Source: Geobacter metallireducens GS-15 (GTDB lineage: Bacteria; Desulfobacterota; Desulfuromonadia; Geobacterales; Geobacteraceae). Taken from it: a stretch of DNA of 32,000 bases. The stretch is from assembly GCF_000012925.1 (NCBI RefSeq), contig NC_007517.1, positions 2,280,001 through 2,312,000 of the forward strand. Direction: 5' to 3'. Below are positions 1-7,575 of this stretch, in pieces. The first letter of the stretch is position 1. Each line of letters starts with the position of its first letter. The position numbers and the translations under genes were made by a program. Below the pieces are notes generated by a model. It made no database searches, was not told the origin of the DNA, and saw nothing but the letters and a program-made list of their open reading frames with translations.

Positions 1-2
1 TC

Positions 3-581
3 CAACCCGAGAGCCCACTCTACCTCTACCCCCTCAAGACAATGGTTGTGGGCTCATTGCTGCTCTATTTCAGAAAACATTACCATGAAATCAGTATTAA
101 ACAAATCGTACGCCCGTCCATAGCCATATCCGCTATACTTGCAGGCATCATTGTTTTCATGCTCTGGATACAAATGGATTGGCTTTTGCCCTTCCAAAAA
201 CCGGCTCCAGGATACAATCCCAACCTCATACCCAACGATATCCACAGAATAGTATTGATCGCATTTCGGCTGGCAGGCGCCTCCATTGTAGTGCCGGTCA
301 TGGAGGAGATCTTCTGGAGGTCCTACATCGCACGGATGATCATAAATCAGGATTTTGAATCGGTACCGGTGGGGACATTCTCGTGGGCATCATTTCTGGG
401 GACGGTTCTGCTGTTTGGGCTTGAGCACCAGTTCATCATCGCCGGCTTGATGGCCGGCGCCATCTACCATGCTCTTCTATGCAGAACCAAAAGCATAGCT
501 GCGTGTATTACCGCCCACAGCGTGACCAATCTGCTCTTGGGAATCTTTGTCCTCAAGTCCGGAGCCTGGCGCTTCTGGTAG
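3..581 (+). CDS. CPBP-family (CAAX-protease-like) intramembrane glutamic protease of the kind found in PEP-CTERM/exosortase loci; 5' end probably outside the window
   Basis: The reading frame is open from base 3 to the ATG at 42, so the gene likely starts upstream. The product is a hydrophobic multi-TM protein with the three CPBP signature motifs seen directly: EEIFWR, FGLEH and HSVTN. Confidence 0.75.
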   Translation, partial: QPESPLYLYPLKTMVVGSLLLYFRKHYHEISIKQIVRPSIAISAILAGIIVFMLWIQMDWLLPFQKPAPGYNPNLIPNDIHRIVLIAFRLAGASIVVPVMEEIFWRSYIARMIINQDFESVPVGTFSWASFLGTVLLFGLEHQFIIAGLMAGAIYHALLCRTKSIAACITAHSVTNLLLGIFVLKSGAWRFW

Positions 582-645
582 CCACCCTTACTCCGACAGA
601 AGCTATCCGGACAGAACAAATTTTCCTCAGGGATATTTTCGTTGA

Positions 646-673
646 TTGAATCGAACAGAATGTGGTATATAAT
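646..673 (+). promoter_or_regulatory. sigma-70-type promoter candidate (TTGAAT - 16 nt - TATAAT)
   Basis: -35 TTGAAT at 646-651, a 16-nt spacer, and consensus -10 TATAAT at 668-673. It lies about 20 nt upstream of the riboswitch-like element. Confidence 0.45.
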
Positions 674-692
674 AAAATCGAATACATAGATA

Positions 693-768
693 GACGACAA
701 TACTCAACCATCCGTGAGGATGGGGCGGAAAGCCTATTGGGTCTCACCGAGACAGCCGGGTTGCCGAA
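693..768 (+). promoter_or_regulatory. GEMM-I-like cyclic-dinucleotide riboswitch aptamer (c-di-GMP-I class; possibly the cGAMP-type variant)
   Basis: Hairpin CCATCC-GTGA-GGATGG (708-723, GNRA loop) is followed by GGCGGAAAGCC (724-734). Next come hairpin GTCTC-ACCG-GAGAC (741-754) and CAGCCGGGTTGCCGA (753-767). The order and sequence resemble the Vibrio Vc2 aptamer segments CCAUUC-GAAA-GAGUGG / GACGCAAAGCC / UAGCGGGGUUACCGA as recalled from memory. The outer helix is CGACAA (695-700) / TTGCCG (761-766). Confidence 0.65.
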
Positions 769-804
769 ATATCTGACCAAAGATATAGGCCCCGGCTTTT
801 TTTT
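755..804 (+). terminator. intrinsic terminator acting as the riboswitch expression platform
   Basis: GCCGGG(755-760)..GCC(763-765)..ATATCT(769-774) pairs with AGATAT(781-786)..GGCCCCGGC(788-796), followed by T8 (797-804). The 5' arm overlaps the 3' strand of the aptamer. Confidence 0.7.
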
Positions 805-860
805 GTCCATTTTGGGGGCCGCACAAATTCAAGGAAGAACCGTCAAGGAGGACACCAATA

Positions 861-1673
861 ATGACAGGAAGACTTTCAAGGCTCTCTCCCGAACCGGGGC
901 TCGTCGATTACTTCAACCTTCTCTATTCAGTCATACCAGCTGAAACCGATGAACTCGTGAAGGAAACATTTCGTCTCAGGTATCAGGTTTACTGCATCGA
1001 AAACGAGTTTGAACCTCCTTCCGAAACTTCACAGCAAATGGAAACCGACGAATTCGATAAGAACTCGGTGCACTCCATCATTAAATACAACAAAACAGGG
1101 CACTCTATCGGTTCTGTCAGAATGGTTTTGCCGAATGAACGGGATCACACCCGCAGCTTCCCCATCCAGAAGATATGCAGCCACTCGATATTCACCGACA
1201 GAAAACTGTTCTCCCTTTACAGACCTATCGAAATATCACGGTTCTGTCTCTCTAAAGAACTGCGGACGATGGCAAAGCCATGCAAACATATGTGCGTTCA
1301 ACTGACATCCACAAGAGCCCCCTTTTCACCATCCTTGCTTAATCAGCATGGGCCAATACTTGGACTGATCAGAGGGCTTGTCCAGATGAGTAGCGAAAAT
1401 CATGTTACCCATTGGTTCGCCATTATGGAACCGTCACTTATCAGGTTACTGGCTAAGCTCGCGATATATTTCAAACCTGTAGGATCCCTCATCAACTATC
1501 ATGGCATGAGACAACCGTGCTATATAGAACTGTCAGAGTTATTGCGGAGGGTCTTTTCCGAGCAGCCACTGGTGTGGGAGGTATTGACCAACAAGGGGCA
1601 GTTTGACCTGAATCTCACCAACTACAATGAAAGCCTTTCTGGTTCCAATCTGAATAAAATATCACGATACTGA
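861..1673 (+). CDS. N-acyl amino acid synthase / acyltransferase, PEP-CTERM-exosortase-system-associated type (LuxI/GNAT-like)
   Basis: SD AAGGAGG at 845-851 sits 9 nt before the ATG. The FRLRYQVYCIENEF..., SVRMVLPN, EISRFCLSKE and INYHGMRQP blocks are typical of the autoinducer-synthase-like acyltransferase family found next to exosortase genes. It is a paralog of the 1732-2433 gene. Confidence 0.75.
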   Translation: MTGRLSRLSPEPGLVDYFNLLYSVIPAETDELVKETFRLRYQVYCIENEFEPPSETSQQMETDEFDKNSVHSIIKYNKTGHSIGSVRMVLPNERDHTRSFPIQKICSHSIFTDRKLFSLYRPIEISRFCLSKELRTMAKPCKHMCVQLTSTRAPFSPSLLNQHGPILGLIRGLVQMSSENHVTHWFAIMEPSLIRLLAKLAIYFKPVGSLINYHGMRQPCYIELSELLRRVFSEQPLVWEVLTNKGQFDLNLTNYNESLSGSNLNKISRY

Positions 1674-1731
1674 CACAAACCGGCTCTAATTTTTATTCGA
1701 GAACATCAACATCATGGCATAACCGGATTTA

Positions 1732-2433
1732 TCACAGCATGTTGCTTTCAATGAATTTAAAGCAATCAGGGTCTTTTCTCTCCATTCCCAGCCTTAGTTC
1801 CTGCAAATTACCAAGATACGGTGTCCTGAGCCCATGATAATCGACCTCTGGACCAACCGGATGATAAATCATTCCAACCCGCTTCAAAAGTATGTATAAT
1901 CCCCTCTTCATCGCAACATACCAATGAGATAACCCCATATTCACACTGCTCAACAAAAGAAATTTATAAAACTCATGTACATAATTGCACTTCCGCAGAT
2001 CGTGAACGACACCTGCTCCAGATGGCAACGTTGCGTCATATCCTACGAGAGCGTCGTCTTCAATCCTCTTTCGATACTCTTTGCTGATAGCTAGGCGCGA
2101 AACCTCGCCAATCTTCACATTTTCAACACCCCGTAACGCGTGCTCATGCATTTCAGAAACAATTTCACAGTGCTGAATCATGGGATAGCCCAGTGCATTG
2201 GGAAGGATAATGCGAGCGGTACCCACGATGGACTCATCTTCAGTGCACCTGATGATGAAGTGTTCTGAAAAGTCGTCATATTCATTGCGCTCCATGCCGT
2301 CAGGATAATCCTTGGGATCCTCGAATCTCCATTCTTCGCAATACACTTTGAAGCGCAATCTATAAACCTCTTCCATCGTTTCATCATATTTGTTGGAAGT
2401 TTTGTCAACACATTCGAAGGTAAATGGAATCAT
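1732..2433 (-). CDS. second N-acyl amino acid synthase paralog (PEP-CTERM/exosortase-associated acyltransferase family)
   Basis: YRLRFKVYCEEWRF, ARIILPN, EVSRLAISKEYR and VDYHGLRTP blocks align with the 861-1673 product. The start is trimmed to the ATG at 2433 (MIPFTFE...), because the longer track ORF runs into the IS630 end and the transposase start. Confidence 0.75.
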   Translation of the reverse strand: MIPFTFECVDKTSNKYDETMEEVYRLRFKVYCEEWRFEDPKDYPDGMERNEYDDFSEHFIIRCTEDESIVGTARIILPNALGYPMIQHCEIVSEMHEHALRGVENVKIGEVSRLAISKEYRKRIEDDALVGYDATLPSGAGVVHDLRKCNYVHEFYKFLLLSSVNMGLSHWYVAMKRGLYILLKRVGMIYHPVGPEVDYHGLRTPYLGNLQELRLGMERKDPDCFKFIESNML

Positions 2434-2496
2434 AAATGTCACCTGACGCGCTAAACATGCCGCTGATGGAACTCGATCCGGACAATCTTGTGCGGT

Positions 2497-3620
2497 TAGT
2501 TGTGTCAAATAAAATTGCGGTGTGGTATAGTGCCTCTCATGGCACGCACCCACGAACAATATGAATTGAAAGCAGAAGATCGTAAGTCATTGGAGTCAAT
2601 CCTACGATCTCCCAAGGCTGCCCAGAGTACTGTCTCTCGGGCGAAAGTGATTCTGTTTACTGCTGACGGCAAAACCGCTGAAGAGGTTGCTGTCGCCCTT
2701 GGCACAACCCCTCGTGCAGTCTACAGGTGGCGCAAACGTTTCAAGGATCATGGCCTTGAAGGCCTTCACGATCGACCACGTAGCGGACAACCGAAAAAGC
2801 TCTCCGAGAAAGTGGTTAAGGAAGTATTGCGGCTGTCTGTCGAATGCATCCCTCGAGAGGCGACCCATTGGAGCGTACGCCTGATGGCCAAGGCTGCCGG
2901 GATTACCACGTGGCAGGTTCGACAGATATGGGATGCCGCGGACCTGAAGCCCCATCGCCTCAAGACCTTTAAGATCAGCTATGATCCGCAGTTTGCCGAC
3001 AAAGTCATCGATGTCGTCGGCTTGTACATGAACCCTCCCGACAATGCTGTTGTCTTGGCGGTGGATGAGAAAACCCAGATTCAGGCACTGGACCGCACCC
3101 AACCGATGTTGCCAATGAAGCCCGGCCAGATCGAGCGCCGTACCCATGATTACAAACGCCATGGCACAACCAGCCTGTACGCTGCCTTCGATGTTCTGAC
3201 GGGGGAGGTGATCGGTCGAGTCACCAAAAGGCACCGAGCCAAAGAATTTCTCTATTTTCTGCGCCAGATTGACCGCTCAGTGCCCAAGGAGCTGGACCTC
3301 CATGTCATCTTGGATAACAGCAGTACTCACAAGACAGCGGAGGTCAACAAGTGGCTCGCCGAGCATCCTCGGTTCATTTTACATTTCAACCCCACCAGCG
3401 CTTCGTGGCTCAATGCCGTGGAAGGGTGGTTTGCCCAATTGGAACGGCGGGCGATTCACCGGGGTGTTTTCACCAGCGTCAAAGAGCTTCGCGACGAAAT
3501 TCAACGGTTCAACAAAGTGCATAATGCACATAGTGCCAAACCCTTCAAATGGACCCAAAAGCGCCAATGTCATCATTGAGGCAGTCAACAGAGCAAAGCA
3601 ATCATTAACTGACACGACTA
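2497..3620 (+). mobile_element. IS630-family insertion sequence (about 1.12 kb)
   Basis: A single DDE transposase ORF is flanked by imperfect terminal inverted repeats: TAGTTGTGTCAAATA (2497-2511) and the reverse complement of TAACTGACACGACTA (3606-3620), 12/15 identical. Both ends carry TA, consistent with the IS630 TA target. Confidence 0.8.
2539..3579 (+). CDS. IS630-family transposase
   Basis: There is an N-terminal HTH region (AEEVAVALGTTPRAVYRWRKRF). DDE-type blocks are VLAVDEKT, ILDNSSTHKT and SWLNAVEGWF. The start is taken at the ATG at 2539 (MARTHEQ...). Confidence 0.9.
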   Translation: MARTHEQYELKAEDRKSLESILRSPKAAQSTVSRAKVILFTADGKTAEEVAVALGTTPRAVYRWRKRFKDHGLEGLHDRPRSGQPKKLSEKVVKEVLRLSVECIPREATHWSVRLMAKAAGITTWQVRQIWDAADLKPHRLKTFKISYDPQFADKVIDVVGLYMNPPDNAVVLAVDEKTQIQALDRTQPMLPMKPGQIERRTHDYKRHGTTSLYAAFDVLTGEVIGRVTKRHRAKEFLYFLRQIDRSVPKELDLHVILDNSSTHKTAEVNKWLAEHPRFILHFNPTSASWLNAVEGWFAQLERRAIHRGVFTSVKELRDEIQRFNKVHNAHSAKPFKWTQKRQCHH

Positions 3621-3826
3621 ATCAAACGTGACACTAGATGAATGGACTTGAAACGTACCCAGAAATCAACGTATCGACAAAATGTTTTGATGACATAGTC
3701 GAGAACGTCGATTCAAGAACAAGATCACTCGTCAAGGGTTCCAACACTGACCAGGAGCTTCTCACAGAATCGGAAATTCTGTCATGCAGTTGAATAACGC
3801 CGAGTAGTCAGGTTGCTACCCGGCAA

Positions 3827-4630
3827 CTACATGATAATTTCTTCGTCAGCATGTTCCAGAATGTAGGCGATTCTCGTAAAGAACCGTGCCGCTGGAGCTC
3901 CTGCCATGATCCGCCGGTCGAAAATCAAACCAAGCGGAACAGTCCTGCGGGCCTCGACACGCCCATCAATCGCAATCGGCCGCTCCTTGACCCATCCAAA
4001 GGTTACCGTAAGGGGCCACAACATGTCTCCAATGAAAAAATCGATCCCATATTTGGCAGGAGAATTAACAAAACAGGCCCCGCCCCTATGTGTTGCCCAC
4101 ATACTTGGGAAAAGGCGTGGCAAACGGATGAGCCACTTACTAAAAAAAACGGGAACCTTACTAAGAAGTGAATAAAAAAGCCGCCACCGAGGATTGGAAT
4201 CTTCCGTTGCATTAGATAACTCTACCAACTCGCACGTGAGGTCGGCAAGGGATTTTTTATCACATTCCAGAATAGTAGCTGCCAAAACAACAGATTCGGC
4301 ATTTGGGACGTTGCGCTCAACAGCTACAGTAATATCAAACCGGTTAAATTGGACAAATCGCTTCCAGAACGAAAACCCGAGAAGAGCCCGGTTTGCATAA
4401 GGATGTTCCTGGAGAGCCATTGCAGCTGCCTTGATCACGAATGCCGTATATGAAGGCTTGACGGAAGTCTGCCTTAAAATGTTCTGGCGAAGTCTATCCA
4501 TTGCTGAAGCATCAATCTCCCGCACAAAGGTTACCTTATAGGCAGGCTTCATCTCGTCATTGAGAGTCCAAAATGCTTTTACAATCCGATTTGAAGATAG
4601 TATGGAGAATTTATTTTCTGAAGTATTCAT
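3827..4630 (-). CDS. 2-oxoacid dehydrogenase E2-type acyltransferase, catalytic domain only, with a degenerate active-site motif
   Basis: SYTAFVIKAAAMALQEHPYANRAL, GGACFVNSP and LGLIFDRRIMAGAPAARFF align to E2 catalytic-domain blocks. The start is taken at the ATG at 4630, 7 nt after the upstream glycosyltransferase stop. Confidence 0.7.
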   Translation of the reverse strand: MNTSENKFSILSSNRIVKAFWTLNDEMKPAYKVTFVREIDASAMDRLRQNILRQTSVKPSYTAFVIKAAAMALQEHPYANRALLGFSFWKRFVQFNRFDITVAVERNVPNAESVVLAATILECDKKSLADLTCELVELSNATEDSNPRWRLFYSLLSKVPVFFSKWLIRLPRLFPSMWATHRGGACFVNSPAKYGIDFFIGDMLWPLTVTFGWVKERPIAIDGRVEARRTVPLGLIFDRRIMAGAPAARFFTRIAYILEHADEEIIM

Positions 4631-4637
4631 GGAGACC

Positions 4638-5858
4638 CTATAAAATGCTATCAATGAGAATTTTGGCGCTGGTGGTTGCAGCATTATAAGATTTCAGGAC
4701 AGCTTGAATTTTTTGGGCACTATTTCGGAACGAATGATCAGACAGTACTTGTTTAACCGTGTCAGCAAGCAATGATGGCTTTTCCAAAAATTGTTTTAAG
4801 TCAAGTGACTTTCCAAATCCCATTGCCTCAACACGGCGCATATTGAATTTTTGATCAGGTATGGTTGGAATGCCGATCACTGGCTTGCCGTGAGAAAGAG
4901 CCTGGTATATGGTGCCATTGCCTCCATGACAAATTACAACATCACTACGCTCCATGACCAGATCGCCATCGAGGTAACTTTCCACATAAACCTTTCCTGG
5001 CATCGGCTTGAGCTCTGATGATTGGCCACCAGTGGTTACAATTGACGAAAAAAAAGATGTAGAGAGACTTGGGCCAAGTTTTGAAAAAAATTCGGAAACT
5101 CCCGTTGTGCCCATTGTCACATAAACCAGCGGAGATGAAGGAATATCAAGCGGCCACCATGCCGGGGGAGCAAGAACACTTTTCCAGGTTAATGGTCCCA
5201 CATAATGATAAGAAGCCGGCAGATTACGCGATGGGAAATACTCCGGAATATCCGCAAGGAGTGTTATATCCTTTCCAGTAAGGCAATTTGTCGCCGTAAC
5301 AGTTCGGTTTGTGTTCAATTCCCGGCTTAACCTCTTGAATACCTTCATAACATTGTCAAACAACTTCATTTCGAGAAAAAGATTCAGCCGGACCAATGCT
5401 TTCCAGATCATCGCATCGCGACTAATCAGCCAGGGGGGCATCCAATCAAAAAAAGGCACATAGGGGAGTGCTCGGTACTCCGTTGATGAAGCATTCACAA
5501 TAGCAGCGTGCCTGACATTGGTCAGATGAGTAGACAAGGGCGCACTGAATCTACCGTCTGAAAGCACCAAATCAGGTTTCAAGGACCTAATTACCTCTAT
5601 ATCTGCCGTCAGCATTTGCAACAGTTCGGCATCTTCAACAAATCGAAGCTTACCGGAACGAATGTTGCCAAAAAGCATCTCAGGATCAGGTTCATGAATG
5701 GGTACCACATCGAAGCCCTGCTGCGATACAAATGAAACCTTGGCGCTCTCGCCGGCAAAAACTACCTCATGGCCCATCCTTCGTAACTCAAGAGCGACTG
5801 CCAGAACGCGGCTGAGATGAGACAGTGTATGAGTATAGGGGAAGGCAAGAATTCGCAT
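4638..5858 (-). CDS. GT-B fold glycosyltransferase, family 1 (UDP-glycosyltransferase / MGT-like)
   Basis: The N-terminus MRILAFPYTHTLSHLSRVLAVALELRRMGHEV and the C-terminal nucleotide-sugar motif ICHGGNGTIYQALSHGKPVIGIPTIPDQ are typical of UGT/MGT-type GT1 enzymes. Confidence 0.85.
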   Translation of the reverse strand: MRILAFPYTHTLSHLSRVLAVALELRRMGHEVVFAGESAKVSFVSQQGFDVVPIHEPDPEMLFGNIRSGKLRFVEDAELLQMLTADIEVIRSLKPDLVLSDGRFSAPLSTHLTNVRHAAIVNASSTEYRALPYVPFFDWMPPWLISRDAMIWKALVRLNLFLEMKLFDNVMKVFKRLSRELNTNRTVTATNCLTGKDITLLADIPEYFPSRNLPASYHYVGPLTWKSVLAPPAWWPLDIPSSPLVYVTMGTTGVSEFFSKLGPSLSTSFFSSIVTTGGQSSELKPMPGKVYVESYLDGDLVMERSDVVICHGGNGTIYQALSHGKPVIGIPTIPDQKFNMRRVEAMGFGKSLDLKQFLEKPSLLADTVKQVLSDHSFRNSAQKIQAVLKSYNAATTSAKILIDSIL

Positions 5859-5897
5859 AATTTAAATTTATCATAGCACATAAATAGAAAATAAAAA

Positions 5898-5922
5898 GGG
5901 CTCTCAATCGAGAGCCCTTTTT
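5898..5922 (-). terminator. bidirectional intrinsic terminator downstream of the PEP-CTERM gene
   Basis: GGGCTCTC (5898-5905) / GAGAGCCC (5910-5917) form a hairpin flanked by A5 on the left and T5 on the right. This gives a U-tract on either strand. Confidence 0.6.
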
Positions 5923-5946
5923 ATTCCACAGAAACTGAAGAAAATG

Positions 5947-6915
5947 TTATTTTTTCGCCCTACGGCGCATGAAACCACCTGCAAGCAGAAGCCCAAGCCC
6001 GGTTAAAGCGAAAGTCGACGGTTCGGGAACAGCGGCAATTTGAAAACTGTTGTTGCCGTCAGCCTGGAAAATGATATCAGGGCCATTTATACCATTCACT
6101 GCGCCGAGTGCAGGAACAACGTTAGCCCCTGCGGATACGTCCCAGAACAGCCTGGACGGATCAGCTTGCAGGAAGGGTAGATTGTTCGATGTATTGAAAT
6201 TAAGGGACATAATAATAAAGTCCAAATTAAGGGGATTGGTAATAACAACCTCATCCTTATTGATCTGATCTACTGCGATAGTGACAGCGGTGGATCCTGT
6301 ACCATAAATGGTTTGTTGGCCCGCCCAATCATCACCTAAATTCTGATCAAGGAGACCAGTGTTGGCTTCGGTGCTAAAATTGCTCCGAGTAACGCCTACA
6401 ACCCTGCCCGACAGAAATTCATTGCCGTCATTAAAGCCGGTTCCAGCGAGGTCACTGGCATTAATGGCAGATTTATAGAATTTTACATAATTGGGCAAAG
6501 TTGGGTCAAAGAAGAAACTGGCGTTTGCTGGCACCGGACCCGCAATGGCACTTGTATACCCTCTTTCACCAAACGCAATCATTGCTGTTATTTCGTACGT
6601 TGAATTCAAGCCGGAACCAAGAATAGGTTTATTGGTTGCGTTATTATAGTTACCCAGTATTGCCTGATAATAAAGATTAAAATGTGTCTGCAAGGCAGGA
6701 TTTACTGCAGGGTCGGTAGCAGGATTTCCAGTACCATCTGTTACTGCAAGCGGTACAGCATTTACACCTAGGGCGTTACCCACGGACCAGTCGAGTTGGG
6801 CTACCGGCTGGCTCACTCCCGCAAAATCGATGGTTGTCGTTGCAGCAAATGCATTACTTGCAGCGCAGGTAGCAAACAATGCTGCTGTGATGGCTACGTT
6901 CTTTACAGTTTTCAT
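5947..6915 (-). CDS. PEP-CTERM sorting-domain protein (secreted, exosortase substrate)
   Basis: The signal peptide is MKTVKNVAITAALFATCAASNAFA. The C-terminus VPEPSTFALTGLGLLLAGGFMRRRAKK gives PEP motif, TM helix and Arg cluster. A strong SD GGAGAGGAGGAG precedes the ATG. Confidence 0.9.
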   Translation of the reverse strand: MKTVKNVAITAALFATCAASNAFAATTTIDFAGVSQPVAQLDWSVGNALGVNAVPLAVTDGTGNPATDPAVNPALQTHFNLYYQAILGNYNNATNKPILGSGLNSTYEITAMIAFGERGYTSAIAGPVPANASFFFDPTLPNYVKFYKSAINASDLAGTGFNDGNEFLSGRVVGVTRSNFSTEANTGLLDQNLGDDWAGQQTIYGTGSTAVTIAVDQINKDEVVITNPLNLDFIIMSLNFNTSNNLPFLQADPSRLFWDVSAGANVVPALGAVNGINGPDIIFQADGNNSFQIAAVPEPSTFALTGLGLLLAGGFMRRRAKK

Positions 6916-7062
6916 CTTTCTCCTCCTCTCCTTAACTACGCTATTAATATTAACTCGGTTATTCTCGCCGTCACAACCAACCCACCTACCTCCTCCTTTC
7001 CATTTAAACTCTTATTATCTTCAGATTAATCAGATCTTCGCCTCAGCGATAAACTAAAAAAC

Positions 7063-7078
7063 AGCAATTAACATGCCA
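7063..7078 (-). promoter_or_regulatory. sigma-54 (-24/-12) promoter for the PEP-CTERM gene
   Basis: The minus strand reads TGGCAT-GTTAA-TTGCT, with exact GG/GC spacing against the consensus TGGCAC-N5-TTGCW. It lies about 150 nt upstream of the ATG at 6915. Confidence 0.6.
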
Positions 7079-7575
7079 CAAATAATTTGCTGCAAATATC
7101 GATAGTTGCACAATCCAACCATCCCCTCCCCCAACAAAGTGTAAATTTTATCGACAAACCGCCCAAACAATTTTACACAACGCCTCGAACACGGGGACAG
7201 GATCTCTCGTGAATACAAATCATTCTCGCAAGTCTCGCTAATTGCGAATCACATTGAAGCTTAGGCATCCAGAAATCACCTTACGCTAGCCAACTAGCCA
7301 AATCCTAAACATTACATTAACCCTTATTACCCTGTTGGAAATCTTTACACCTACGCTATCCCACTTTGTAATTCCCTTGAATAATCACATAGTTACAAAC
7401 GGTTTAAAAATTGCATGCCTTATGGCATTGCAATTATCGGGAGATTAACGATTCCGCAATAATTTATGGTTATCAAATCATATTTATATTTCGTTAAAGG
7501 AAGGAGGCGATTTATCCCGGCAATGAATAATGTAGCTTCCATTTAAAGTTTGATATTCTAAGAAAGGAGAGGATT

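Noticed and set aside
662-943. 93-aa + strand ORF spanning the leader of the 861 gene
   Set aside because: It runs straight through the riboswitch-like hairpins and the T8 terminator, and it overlaps the well-supported ATG at 861 in another frame. It has no SD.
2434-2559. N-terminal extension of the second acyltransferase ORF (track start at 2559)
   Set aside because: The extension reads into the IS630 left end and the transposase start. The internal ATG at 2433 gives an N-terminus colinear with the paralog.
2602-3234. 210-aa ORF antisense to the IS630 transposase
   Set aside because: It lies entirely inside a strongly supported transposase CDS, has no recognisable motifs, and is a typical GC-rich antisense frame.
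7498-7547. Second SD-like AAGGAGG and a 7-codon mini-ORF (MNNVASI) upstream of the giant gene
   Set aside because: The SD-to-ATG spacing is about 15 nt, too long for efficient initiation, and there is no supporting structure. It is noted only as a curiosity.
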